A DNA stretch of 64,000 nucleotides from a virus. The position numbers were made by a program, and so were the translations under genes. The notes under the pieces are model-generated. The model had not been told where the DNA came from, ran no database searches, and was given only the letters and a program-made list of their open reading frames with translations. The stretch covers positions 64,001-128,000 of IMG/VR virus record IMGVR_UViG_3300037541_000804; one strand, written 5' to 3'. Positions 41,501-51,406 of this stretch are shown one piece after another (the stretch's first letter is position 1; each line of letters opens with the position of its first letter).

Positions 41501-43052
41501 AATTTTGAGTCTCCACAAGCGTAAAGACGCAGCAATCAGGGTTTTCCAAAAGACAAACGTGCGTTCGTCTAGGTTGAATGATTGGGCGGTTGTCATTTGT
41601 TAGTAAATTATCCCAAACAAGTCATTTGAATTGTGCATCCACCCATCCAAACGCGCCCATTTTCAACTTTTTCCTCCGAATAAACGAGGGTAAAATCTTT
41701 AGGTGAAACGGTCTCAAAAATGTTAGAGTATTGGCGGATAATATCAGCCTTCAAAAGGTCAAGCATTTCTTCGGAGTTTTCGCCGATGAACGCCTTGATA
41801 TTGTAGCACAAATCAATTGGTTTGTCAAAACGCCAAACAACAGCAAGTGTGTGTTTGTAGTCGTTTTTGTTGAAGCGTAATTCGACTGGAAAAATGATTC
41901 TCATGGTTAGATTATATAAGCAATTGGCCGCTAGTCAAGCCCTACCCATAAACTTCTCAATCGAATCGCCAACTGAAACGCCCCACATTGGCACAAGCTC
42001 ATCCGTTCCAACAAAACAGGGCTTTGTGTTCAAAATTGAAAGCCAATAGCCCTTTGCTAGAATATCAACGCCGTTGTCTTTTTCGATTCTATTTGCCGCT
42101 TCTTCGCTGGTTACTTGGATGCTAACGCAACTTTCACATCCGCCGTTTGGATTATCGGTTAAAGGAATAGTGATTACATTATTGTGAATGGCGTTTAGCA
42201 TGTGCATTCCCATCCCGCCGTATTCATCTGGATTAGCGGCCAAATCAGCGGCCCGAATGGTTTTTTCGTCTTTGCGGAGATAGTAGCGTGTTCGTTTCAT
42301 GAGAATATAGTCGGTTGTTTTTGTCATTAGGCAAACCACTTTTCGGCAATTTTGTCCTTTATTTTTTGGCGCTCATTTTCGGCGGCCCAATGTTTTACCT
42401 CTTGAATAATCTCATAAAATGTGGGCAAATGGTAAAAATTAAATCCGCCGTATTCGCAATAGTCAAGGACTTGTTGGCCGTTTTTCTTTTTGTAATAGAT
42501 TTTAAAGCCTAGGTCTAGGAGTTGTTGTTCAGTGAATGGTTTGTTCATGGTTTATTCAATTTCAATTTCGGCGTGAAATCCTACAATTTCTTGTTCATTG
42601 TATGAGCCAGCGTATTCTTCTTTGATTCTTACGCTGGAATCTTTAACCTTAAATTGGGTTTTCGCCGAAACATATTCGGCGATGGCTTGGTGGATTTCGT
42701 TTTGTTTTAGGACGATTTGCATAGTTTAGTTCCCCACTCTTGAGCAGTTAATGAATCGGCAATCTGGATGCAGAAACTCAAACTTATCCCTCACATCGTT
42801 TTCATAAGTCCCGCGCATTTCAAAGTAATCGCGCTGACCGAATTTGTCAATAAAATTAACCTTGAAAAGGTAAGTTGTCTGGTTCATATTAGACACTTGG
42901 AATCATTCGCTGGACATTTTGCCTTAGTTCTTTCGCTTTTTCGTAAAGAAAAAACAAATCAAGCCTATCTGCATCATCTTCGGAAGCTGATTTTAGAAGA
43001 TTTTCTATCCCGTCAAGAATGTTTTCGCAGTCGTAGAGGTTGTTTAGAGTAA

Positions 43053-43481
43053 TCATTCCCTATAGTAATACGTTTCGCCGTCATAGTCAACCGATGAGTA
43101 GTCCATCATTAAAGAATTTGCCGCCGCTTCCCAATCAATGTGACAAGCGGGCCAGCCTCCGTCTCGATCAATTGCGCCGATTCTTTCGGCGTAATTTTGG
43201 GCGTATTCCTCAAAATCCTGTTCGCGAATTAATTCCACTCCATGAAACCACTCGCGCCCGAATTGTTCGCGCAAATCAAGCAGGTTCTTCAATTCTTCGT
43301 AATCGCTGAAATCCCATTCATAGCCAAGTTCTTCATCTGTAAGATTTTCGCCGCTTGGGATTTGAAGTTTTTCTTTAATTTCGGCGATTTGCTCAACAGT
43401 CAAGCACTCTTTCCACTCGTTAAAAGAGGTTTGGAGTTCTTCTAGGCGCTCGTTTAAGTTTCTGGAGTCGAGGGTTTTCAT
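43053..43481 (-). CDS. ArdA-like acidic anti-restriction protein
   Basis: Acidic; C-terminal F.EYAQ.......IDWEAAANSLMMDY......G..Y resembles ArdA domain 3. Confidence 0.55.
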   Translation of the reverse strand: MKTLDSRNLNERLEELQTSFNEWKECLTVEQIAEIKEKLQIPSGENLTDEELGYEWDFSDYEELKNLLDLREQFGREWFHGVELIREQDFEEYAQNYAERIGAIDRDGGWPACHIDWEAAANSLMMDYSSVDYDGETYYYRE

Positions 43482-43910
43482 GCCTTTATTATTGGCTATT
43501 TTGGGTCGAAAGTCAAGGGTTATTGCAGCTTTCCCAATACTTTTGTAAGTGATTTTGGGCCGTGTTCATGGCATCGTCAATCAGTTCGCCTTCGGAAAGC
43601 GCCCTGTCTGAAAATCCTTTAAAAACTGTTCTCTTTTTATTCGCTGGCGTGTTTGCGTAGGCAATCCACCAGTTAGCTTGAGCAAGGCAATATGCTTGTA
43701 ATTGATCTTTTGTCATAAGAAATTATGGTTTAAAAACCCCAACAAGTCAAGTCCAAAAACTCTTTTCACAATCGGAGCATTGGTGCTCTGCAACAACGCA
43801 TTTATTTTCCCTGTCGCACGGGTCAAGAGATTGAGCCTCCCAGAAAACCATGTAAGTTGTCAAGGTTTTTGAGCCGCAAAAGGGGCAGAAAATGATTAGC
43901 TCGTTCATGG

Positions 43911-44348
43911 CTAGGAAAGTAAAATTTGCAAACTTTTGGCGTATTTTAGGATTTGTTTGTCTGTAGGAGAGTCGGCCAAGTTGGCTAGATTGTCGGCGAT
44001 TTTGACGCGGATAGCAAGTTGATTGCCACTGTTTTTAATCGTGCGAATATTATCCTCGTAGCTGATTCGTTTGTCGAGAGTGAGGAGTAGAATGGCGCTA
44101 ATAACTCGCCCATTAATACCAGCAAGCTCCAAAGAAACAATGGACGCCCCAGATTCGACGCTATCATGAAGGTATGCCGTTGCAATCAGTTCATCATCAA
44201 ACCCAAAACGATCACCTGCAACTCTTGCTACGTCAATAACATGATTAAAATATGGCGCGGTTCCATCTCTTCTAAATTCATTTTTGTGAATTTCTTTTGC
44301 CAACTCGTAAGCAATGTCTTGTTGTCTCATATTTTTATAATCAACCAT
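43911..44348 (-). CDS. Small alarmone hydrolase (RelA/SpoT HD, Mesh1-like)
   Basis: H....R.DG..PY..H, AYLHDSVE, VKIADN..N. Confidence 0.8.
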   Translation of the reverse strand: MVDYKNMRQQDIAYELAKEIHKNEFRRDGTAPYFNHVIDVARVAGDRFGFDDELIATAYLHDSVESGASIVSLELAGINGRVISAILLLTLDKRISYEDNIRTIKNSGNQLAIRVKIADNLANLADSPTDKQILKYAKSLQILLS

Positions 44349-44548
44349 TCACGGCAACTTGTCAAGTGGCGGATAAAAAACCTCAAAGATTTCGCCGTCG
44401 TTTGTGTATCGTCCATTCACTTTCCAGAATGGCTCAACGTTCAGAATTTGCTGCTTCTTTGGGGCGAAAATTTCTGGCAATGCGCCAAGAAAAACTCCGC
44501 CGAGAATTGCTAGAACAAAGAGTCCTTTCATGGGTTTAATATAGGGGT

Positions 44549-45178
44549 TTATTCCCGCGAGTCAACCAAGTAGATTGTTTTTCCCCAAAGTTTCTCCATC
44601 TTGTCGAGTACACCGCCAAGCCAGTACTTGTTCAGGCTTTTAGGATCATTCTTTGCGCCAACAGGGCAGTAAATCCTTTGAACGCCCACAATCGTAGGGT
44701 TTTTGCTGTAAAGTCGGCCAGCTAGTAATTTTGCCGAAAACTCAATACACTCGTCAACACTTTCAAACGTGTGATACTTTCCTTTAAGAAAGATGCCGAA
44801 CACATTGTTTTTCTCTCGCGCAAACAAAGATTTGCCGTTTGCCGATTCGTGCATAGCAATTGCGACCAAAAATATCGGACAAATGTTATTTTTTCGTGCT
44901 TCGGCCAAAAACTTCTCCCCTTTGCCCGCTAAAACTCCGCCCAAAAATTGATCCAGTCGCCCGCTTGCGATGATTGAGTGGTTGTGAATATTATAATCCT
45001 TAGACAAGGAAACCGTTTTTACAGGCTTAGCTTTCGGAACGAAGATTCTTTTAGCGTTTAGCGCCATCTCTCGGAAGGCGTCAAGCAGTTTAACGCTTTT
45101 TCGAGCTTTTGTTTCGGCGTATCCGTGATGAATTGATAGGCCGACAATGGCTAGAATGATTAGGCTAATGGTTTTCAT
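44549..45178 (-). CDS. Glucosaminidase (GH73)/lysozyme-like hydrolase with N-terminal signal/TM
   Basis: AIAMHESANG, NNVFGI, FESVDECI, YCP...DP...W. Confidence 0.75.
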   Translation of the reverse strand: MKTISLIILAIVGLSIHHGYAETKARKSVKLLDAFREMALNAKRIFVPKAKPVKTVSLSKDYNIHNHSIIASGRLDQFLGGVLAGKGEKFLAEARKNNICPIFLVAIAMHESANGKSLFAREKNNVFGIFLKGKYHTFESVDECIEFSAKLLAGRLYSKNPTIVGVQRIYCPVGAKNDPKSLNKYWLGGVLDKMEKLWGKTIYLVDSRE

Positions 45179-47174
45179 GGGTTATTCGATTTCTCCAAAC
45201 AAGAGACCAAAGGCTTTCCAGCCGTATTTTTCAAACACTGGAATTGCTGGCATAGCAATAATTCCGACAATAAACAGTTCGTAAATGTGGTCGAGGATTT
45301 TCATGTTATTTTGTGTGTTTAAACTTAACCGACAACCTGCCACCCTGCAATCATTTTTTCGGTTTCTTTAATAGCGGCGAAGTCTGGCGTTAGTTTGCTT
45401 TTAAGCGGCACGATTCGTTCAATGGCAATCCATTTTTCGCCGTGAAGGGTTGTCAAGTCGGAGGCGTATTTTTTAGCGGCCTTTTTGGTTGTCGGGTAGT
45501 GGTAAAGCATGGGTGAGTATATATCAGTTATTTTCGCCCGTCAAACAAATTCTTCCCACTCTTTTTCTTTCATCGCGGCATACTGTTCGGCGGAAAGCGC
45601 GAAAACGCTGATTAGCGCGTCTGGTTCGGCTTGCACGATGAAATCGCCGACTGACAAGGGAGAAATGCAAGAAACAGCTTCGCCGTCAACCATGAACGAG
45701 CAAAAGAACCCGCTTTCTTGTTTCTTTTTTGTTTTTAGGGTGCTCAATTGTTTGTCGATTTCGACGATCAACTGGCCCTTTTCTTTTCTGGGGATTTCAG
45801 AATCGGCCAACAAATCATTTTTGGCCGCGATTAGTCCAACGCGGGACATTTTTTGGATTTCTTGGACAAAGGTTAAGAGATTGTGGGGCATGGTTTTAAT
45901 ATACAAAATAATTACCGCACGTCAACCACATTCTCCAACTTCACCATGACAAAAGGTGATTGATTTTTGTCTTCCAACTCAAGCCTAGTTTTCTTTGGAG
46001 ACAATTCGCTAGACAAAACCATGTTTTCAATCGTTTCTTCGGAGACTTGTTTTCCGTCCATGAAGAAAATGCTTTTTGGTTTGTTGCCAGAAATATTTAC
46101 GCCCAAAGATGTATTTCCGTTAAAGCCTTCATAGAGTTTTAGGCCGTCTTGATAAAAACACCGTTTAACACCATTGGGAAGATGGGGAACTTCACGCTCT
46201 TCTGACTGGATGCCAGCCTTTACATTGGCCGTATTCGCATATTCAACGCCGAACAATCCTTGGATTTGAGACTGTTTCTCAATATGAGCGGTAAATCCCT
46301 TTTTGAGCTTAACAGGTCGGCGTGTGGTTAGGCTAAAAATTGAGCCTTTGGGGCGGTTTGCTAGGCGGCGGGTAATTTCGGTGATTTTCATTTTATTTAA
46401 GTCTTTTAGGTAATTCTACGCCATATTTCAACCAGTGCCAAATCATTGTTTGGGCCGTGCCTTGTTCATGTTGCCAGCCGAGATTTAACTCAGGATGATT
46501 TTTCGTTTGGCGCTTTTTCATCAATCAATAAAGCGTTAAACTCCTTCTCTGTCAACGGGTTTGAGTCAATATATTCGCCGTCTTTGGGTGATTCCAAGGT
46601 GTAGAGAATTTCAATCAGTTCTTTGGATTTTTCTTCCTGAACGGCGAGGGCAATTTCTTTCTTTAAGTTACTGGTTTTCAACGCGATAGCGCCAGCGACG
46701 ACTTGAAAGAGCGGCGATTTCTCGCGGGGTTTAAGGGAATCTCGCAATTCTTTATTGTCGGCCAAAAGAGGCAAAACTGGCATTTTTACTTGGCGCAAGA
46801 ACATTCTTGTTTTATCATCGCGGCCCAAACAAAAGAATTCATTAGTTTGTCGGCGCTTCTTCTGTTCGGTCAAGTAATAGAATGCGTTGTTGACTTGATC
46901 TACTGTAGCGAATTGAGTGTATTTGTCTTTAATCATGGTTTCAATTTACGTTTATTATTCCAGTTGTCAAGATGTTTTTGACACATATCAATCCAACCTA
47001 TCAACGCCTCGTCTTTGGTTAGAATCGCCCGCTTCTTTACCTCAAACAAGAATTCGGCGTATTCTTTCGGGCGCGAAGAGTAATAGCGATTGATTTGCCA
47101 ATAGTCGAACCCCCTTACAAGGCCCAAGTGTTTAATACAGCGAAAGAGGTTTTTTAGGGATTGCATGATTTTAT

Positions 47175-48476
47175 TAGTAAATTGACGAAAAGAAAACCCC
47201 TTCGTTTACGGAGGGGATGAATTTTCGCATTGTTTTAGGAAATTTTGTAAAAGTTAGTGTAATATAATTTGAATGACGCATCGCGGCTACAAATATCGCA
47301 TATATCCAACAGCTTGTCAAGAGGGAATCTTGCGCAAAACGATTGGATCGTGTAGATTTGTGTACAATTGGGCGCTGGCACAGCGGCGAGAGGCGTGGGT
47401 GACGAGTAAAAAAAGCGTTTCTTACAGCGCAACGTCCAAAGGTTTGACCGAACTCAAGGAGTCGCCCGAGAAAGTTTGGCTTAACGACGTTTCAAGCGTT
47501 TGCTTACAACAAAGTTTGCGAAATCTTGATTTGGCGTTTAACAACTTTTTTCGCAAAAAATCCGCATATCCATCTTTCAAGAGTCGAAAAAATGGTGGCA
47601 GTGCGCGATTTATGGATAACGCTTTCCAAATTAAAGGAGATGGCTTGTTTCTTGCAAAAATTAAAACGCCAATCGTGATTAAGTGGTCGCGTCAGCTTTC
47701 CAGCGCTCCTAATTCATGCACAATTTCCCAAAACGCTGCGGGTCAGTGGTTTGCATCGTTCTTGTGCGAGGAAGAAATACCTCACTTGCCGCCAACGAAT
47801 AACAAGGTTGGCATTGACGTTGGAATTGAAAACTTTGCCACACTTTCAGACGGGCGAAAATTTCAATCTCCGAAAGCGATTCGTAAGTTGCGCAAAAAGT
47901 TAGCATGCTTGCAAAAGCGTCACTCGCGCAAGCAAAAAGGCTCTAAAAACCGTGAACGCGCTCGCAAAAAGGTTGCCCGCGTTCACCAGCACATCGCAGA
48001 TGTGCGTAAAGATTTTCTCCACAAACTGTCAACTCAACTCGTTCGCGAAAACCAAGCGATTGCAATTGAGGATTTGGCGGTGTCAAACATGGTTAAGAAC
48101 CGCAAACTTTCTCGCTGTATCAGCGAGCAAGGCTGGCGCGACTTTCGCACTATGCTTGAATACAAGTGCGAATGGTATGGGCGAGAACTACTTGTCGTTG
48201 ACAGGTTTTTTCCCTCATCCAAGACCTGTTCTTGTTGTGGAGCGAAAGCAGAGTTAACATTGAAAGATCGTGTTTGGAGTTGCGCCTGTGGCGCAACGCA
48301 TGATCGCGACGTGAACGCCGCGAAAAACATTTTGGCCGCTGGACAAGCGGTTGCAGCCTGTGGAGCTGACGGAAGACCAACGAAGAACTACGTTCTTCGC
48401 GGCAGTCGGCAACGAAGCAGGAAACCTTCTTAGCAACGAGAAGAATCCCCGTCGTTCACGGCGGGGAGTATGTCAA
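47175..48476 (+). mobile_element. IS200/IS605-family TnpB-only element, copy 1
   Basis: Left hairpin CCCCTTCG-TTTA-CGGAGGGG (47197-47216); right end GAAT-CCCCGTCG..CGGCGGGG..TCAA (to 48476). Left boundary inferred after TTAT; no tnpA. Confidence 0.8.
47273..48433 (+). CDS. tnpB: RNA-guided endonuclease TnpB
   Basis: YKYRIYP; RuvC GIDVG / IEDL / DRDVNAAKNI; CSCC..CAC zinc ribbon. Confidence 0.95.
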   Translation: MTHRGYKYRIYPTACQEGILRKTIGSCRFVYNWALAQRREAWVTSKKSVSYSATSKGLTELKESPEKVWLNDVSSVCLQQSLRNLDLAFNNFFRKKSAYPSFKSRKNGGSARFMDNAFQIKGDGLFLAKIKTPIVIKWSRQLSSAPNSCTISQNAAGQWFASFLCEEEIPHLPPTNNKVGIDVGIENFATLSDGRKFQSPKAIRKLRKKLACLQKRHSRKQKGSKNRERARKKVARVHQHIADVRKDFLHKLSTQLVRENQAIAIEDLAVSNMVKNRKLSRCISEQGWRDFRTMLEYKCEWYGRELLVVDRFFPSSKTCSCCGAKAELTLKDRVWSCACGATHDRDVNAAKNILAAGQAVAACGADGRPTKNYVLRGSRQRSRKPS

Positions 48477-48496
48477 TTAGAAAAACAATTCAAACA
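48350..48496 (+). ncRNA. Predicted omegaRNA (scaffold plus flanking guide) of TnpB copy 1
   Basis: 3' segment conserved with copy 2; established TnpB biology places the guide just 3' of TCAA. 5' limit approximate. Confidence 0.65.
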
Positions 48497-48668
48497 AGGA
48501 ATGACATGGGAAAATCATGGTGTTCATGGGTGGCATATTGACCACATAATCCCACTGTCCTCTGCCAAGGACGATATTGAACTGTTGAAAAAACTTTGCC
48601 ATTATACTAATCTTCAACCTCTTTGGGCCGAAGAAAACAGGATTAAATCTAACAAGATAACAGCTTAA
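48477..48668 (+). pseudogene. 3' remnant of an HNH endonuclease gene
   Basis: LEKQF..GMTWENHG..WHIDHIIP...HYTNLQPLW, paralogous to 23654-24442; no start codon; begins exactly at the TnpB right end. Confidence 0.8.
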
Positions 48669-49584
48669 CCACTTCTCGCCCTTTCGATGATAGCTCTCGC
48701 TTCCCATTAAGGCGCAAAAATCCCTTCTTTAATAGGTGATGCTCATGATCTTGACGCAAGGCTGTAGCTGGAACGCTCATGCATGCTGAAATTTCTGTCA
48801 GGGTCATTGGCCCGCGTTCGTAAAGCAATTTTAGTATCCCAAGCTCCAAATTATCGAGTCCGTGAACTTTAATATCTGCAATATTTGAGAGATTCGCAAA
48901 GTCCGCCGAATCAAAAGAATTTCTTTTCTTAATCGCACAAAAGTTAGCCACCTTGCGAGCCATTTGTCCAGCATCGCGAGGATTTGGCCTGATACTATCA
49001 ACAATTTCCTCCAAAATATTATCCTCGAATTCGATTTCTGGCACGTTTAATTGAATAATTTGCATTAGTTCGCTCTTTGAATACGGTGCAAGAGAAACAA
49101 CCTCCATTCGGCTCTTCAACGGTTTGCCAAGTTTATTAGAATCCGTAGTGGCAAAATTCATCGACAATTTGCAAAAATCAAACTCATAATCTGTCCCGTC
49201 GTGATTAACGCGGCGAATATGGCTCTTTTCAGTGTTAAGCAGGGTCAAAAACCACGTTTGGACGGCGCGAGGAAGCTCGTGTGACTCGTCTAGCAAAAGA
49301 CAAACGTTCTCCCTATCAACAATATGAGGCATATATACATTGTCGATAAACCACTGAACGCTTTTAACGTTTGCAGAGTTAATTTCGATATATTTGCCCG
49401 TTGTTCCAGACTTAGTAATCTCTTTTGCAAACTCTCGAATGAACCTTGTTTTCCCAAACCCAAAAGCCCCCGTGAACAAAAGATGTGGCAATGGCCGTCC
49501 TGCTTCGCGGGTTTCTAGGTGAAACGATAGCAAAGACTTGATTTTATCCTGTCCCGTTAGATTAGCGAATAGTGTTTTAGTCAT
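48649..49584 (-). CDS. ruvB: RuvB-like Holliday junction branch-migration ATPase
   Basis: GQ....L..., LPHLLFTGAFGFGKT, LDESH, ATT...L.KPLKSR, PR, GLD, C-terminal wHTH. Confidence 0.8.
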   Translation of the reverse strand: MTKTLFANLTGQDKIKSLLSFHLETREAGRPLPHLLFTGAFGFGKTRFIREFAKEITKSGTTGKYIEINSANVKSVQWFIDNVYMPHIVDRENVCLLLDESHELPRAVQTWFLTLLNTEKSHIRRVNHDGTDYEFDFCKLSMNFATTDSNKLGKPLKSRMEVVSLAPYSKSELMQIIQLNVPEIEFEDNILEEIVDSIRPNPRDAGQMARKVANFCAIKKRNSFDSADFANLSNIADIKVHGLDNLELGILKLLYERGPMTLTEISACMSVPATALRQDHEHHLLKKGFLRLNGKRELSSKGREVVKLLSC

Positions 49585-50669
49585 GTGAGTATATTAGATG
49601 ATTAATTTTCACTGTCAAGAATTACTGCGGAAAACAGTGTTTCGCCATCCCTTTCGGCGGATTCCTTACGACTGATTTCATTACAGGCCACAAGCGCTTT
49701 GTAATTTTCGCTTTCTGAGAAGTCTTGAAGAAGGATTTTTGAAATTGCTTCAAACAGTTCTTCCTTTTGTTTCGGGGAGACTGGTTGAGAAGCATAATGA
49801 TTCCAGCAAGCAGAGACCATGTTAGAGCATTCTTTGAGCACTTGTTGTTTTGTTATCATAGCGTGAGTATATTAAGTGGTTAATCGGGCCGTGTCAACTG
49901 AATTGGAAAGCTTCAACGACAATTTCTGGCTCTTTTTCAACTTTCGACGGAATTACTTGAAACGTTTGGGCGAAGTTTTTTGCTGCCCGTTTTTGAAGAT
50001 CAACTCGCGAAGCCTTGAATTCTTCGTCATCAGTGAATCCGAGTGCGCGGAGTTGGTTGATTGTCATAGTGACAAAGCTGGTTGAGCCGTGGGTTCTCAT
50101 GTGGTTATTTGTTGAAAAAGTCTAGGTCAGTAAGGAGCTTTAGTCCAGCGAATTCTTGGGTTGGAACTTTTTTATCCCAATATTTCATGCGAGTTTCAAA
50201 AGAGGCGTGTTGGCAATCGTTCATGATAATACTCTCCATTATTTTTGCCATTAGTCAAACCCATTCCCAAACACTTCATCGTAATCGTAATTAAAATGCT
50301 CACAATAATCAAACACTGTGTCCTTTTGGCGGCGGGTTACATCGTCGCCCCTAAATGTGGATTTCCTACAATCGCCAAGCCATGATAGGTTTTTAACGCA
50401 CATCCAGCCTTGTGACAGAAGCCAGCTTTCCCATGATTGGTCAAAGCCGCTCTTTGAATATCGGCCCTTTTTACGAGAATTTTCATTCGCGCCGCATTTA
50501 AAAACCGCCAAATAGGTTGCAGCAATCTCATGTTTTGCGCCGCTAAATCCGTAAAAGTCGCCGTTTGGCGCAATCCACGCATTATATTCAAAATTAGCGT
50601 CTGGAATCTCTTGTGGGATTTTGTCTTGGAAGATTATGTTGATCTTTTTCATCCAGCCAATATACCCAT

Positions 50670-51113
50670 TTACTTCCCCTTGTCCAGTCTTTTGTATCCC
50701 CAAGTTTTGCGGCGATTTGCTTCGTGCCACTCAATAGGTTCTCCGTGTAGGCAATTATCGTAATAAGCATCAAAGATTACGCCGTTCTTAATTACTTGCA
50801 AGTGTTCGGTGGTAAACACCAAATATGTGCCGCGTTTGAATTTATCAACTGATTTTAAAATCGGGCGATTCTTTAGCCAAACGGTTTTTCTCTTTCGGCC
50901 AAAGTTTTTGGTCAGAGAGAGGGCTTCATCCCACGTCATATATTTGCGCCAAGCGTAGATTTTCTTTTTCGGCCAATTCTTTGACTTGCGCAATTTTCCA
51001 AGTCGCCATTGGACTTTGTAAACTGGTTCTCCCGTGATTAGGGAAACAGCCACCGTTCCACAAGAGAAATCACACTCGGGAAAGTCGGCCCGATTAAAGG
51101 TTTTCAACTTCAT
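50670..51113 (-). CDS. Papain-like (C39-type) peptidase-like protein
   Basis: SCGTVAVSLITG ... EHLQVI...IFD. Confidence 0.45.
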   Translation of the reverse strand: MKLKTFNRADFPECDFSCGTVAVSLITGEPVYKVQWRLGKLRKSKNWPKKKIYAWRKYMTWDEALSLTKNFGRKRKTVWLKNRPILKSVDKFKRGTYLVFTTEHLQVIKNGVIFDAYYDNCLHGEPIEWHEANRRKTWGYKRLDKGK

Positions 51114-51158
51114 CTCTTATTTTGGCCGAAAATAACGAACAAATCAAGAAAAAAAGAT

Positions 51159-51256
51159 TGAACGCGACAAGATTTGAACTTGTTCTCTCCATTTGCGTGC
51201 CTACTCCAGAATTAACTGTCTCGGACTTGAGTATGCTACCATTACATTACGCGCTC
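51159..51256 (-). tRNA. tRNA-like RNA with an expanded anticodon/variable region (identity unassignable)
   Basis: Acceptor GAGCGCG/CGCGTTC, D arm ATGT-AATGGTA-GCAT, T arm ACAAG-TTCAAAT-CTTGT; 48 nt between the arms instead of about 22. Confidence 0.65.
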
Positions 51257-51260
51257 AAAT

Positions 51261-51348
51261 TGGAAATGAGAATTGCCACTTTCGATACTACGAAAAGTCC
51301 CTAATCCTCCCTTGCGGGTAGTGGCCCGTTTTGCATTAGGCTCTCATT
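51261..51348 (-). ncRNA. 88-nt pseudoknotted RNA with acceptor-like stem and 3' CCA
   Basis: AATGAGA/TCTCATT + T + CCA; crossing helices CCTAAT/ATTAGG and GCCACT/AGTGGC; CCC-GCAA-GGG hairpin. Confidence 0.55.
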
Positions 51349-51360
51349 GTTTAGAAATTA

Positions 51361-51406
51361 TTGCCTGTCTCTCCAAGCTGTCACCGATGGCCTTTACCAA
51401 ACCACG
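51361..51406 (-). ncRNA. c4-antisense-like RNA 3' part
   Basis: GGTGACA followed by GCTTG-GAGAGA-CAGGC hairpin; resemblance from memory only. Confidence 0.35.

Larger units (their letters stand above)
30236..47166 (-). other. Array of small early-type genes, many with individual sigma70 promoters
   Basis: Dozens of 50-220 aa minus-strand ORFs, many preceded by TTGAC(A/G/T)-16/17 nt-TAnnnT-5 to 7 nt-ATG. Confidence 0.75.

Noticed and set aside
48351-48668. 105-aa ORF as a real gene
   Set aside because: It is a chimera of the TnpB right end and the HNH remnant.
51261-51348. Canonical HDV-like/theta, twister, pistol or hammerhead ribozyme
   Set aside because: Conserved catalytic cores did not fit on either strand; kept only as an unknown structured RNA.
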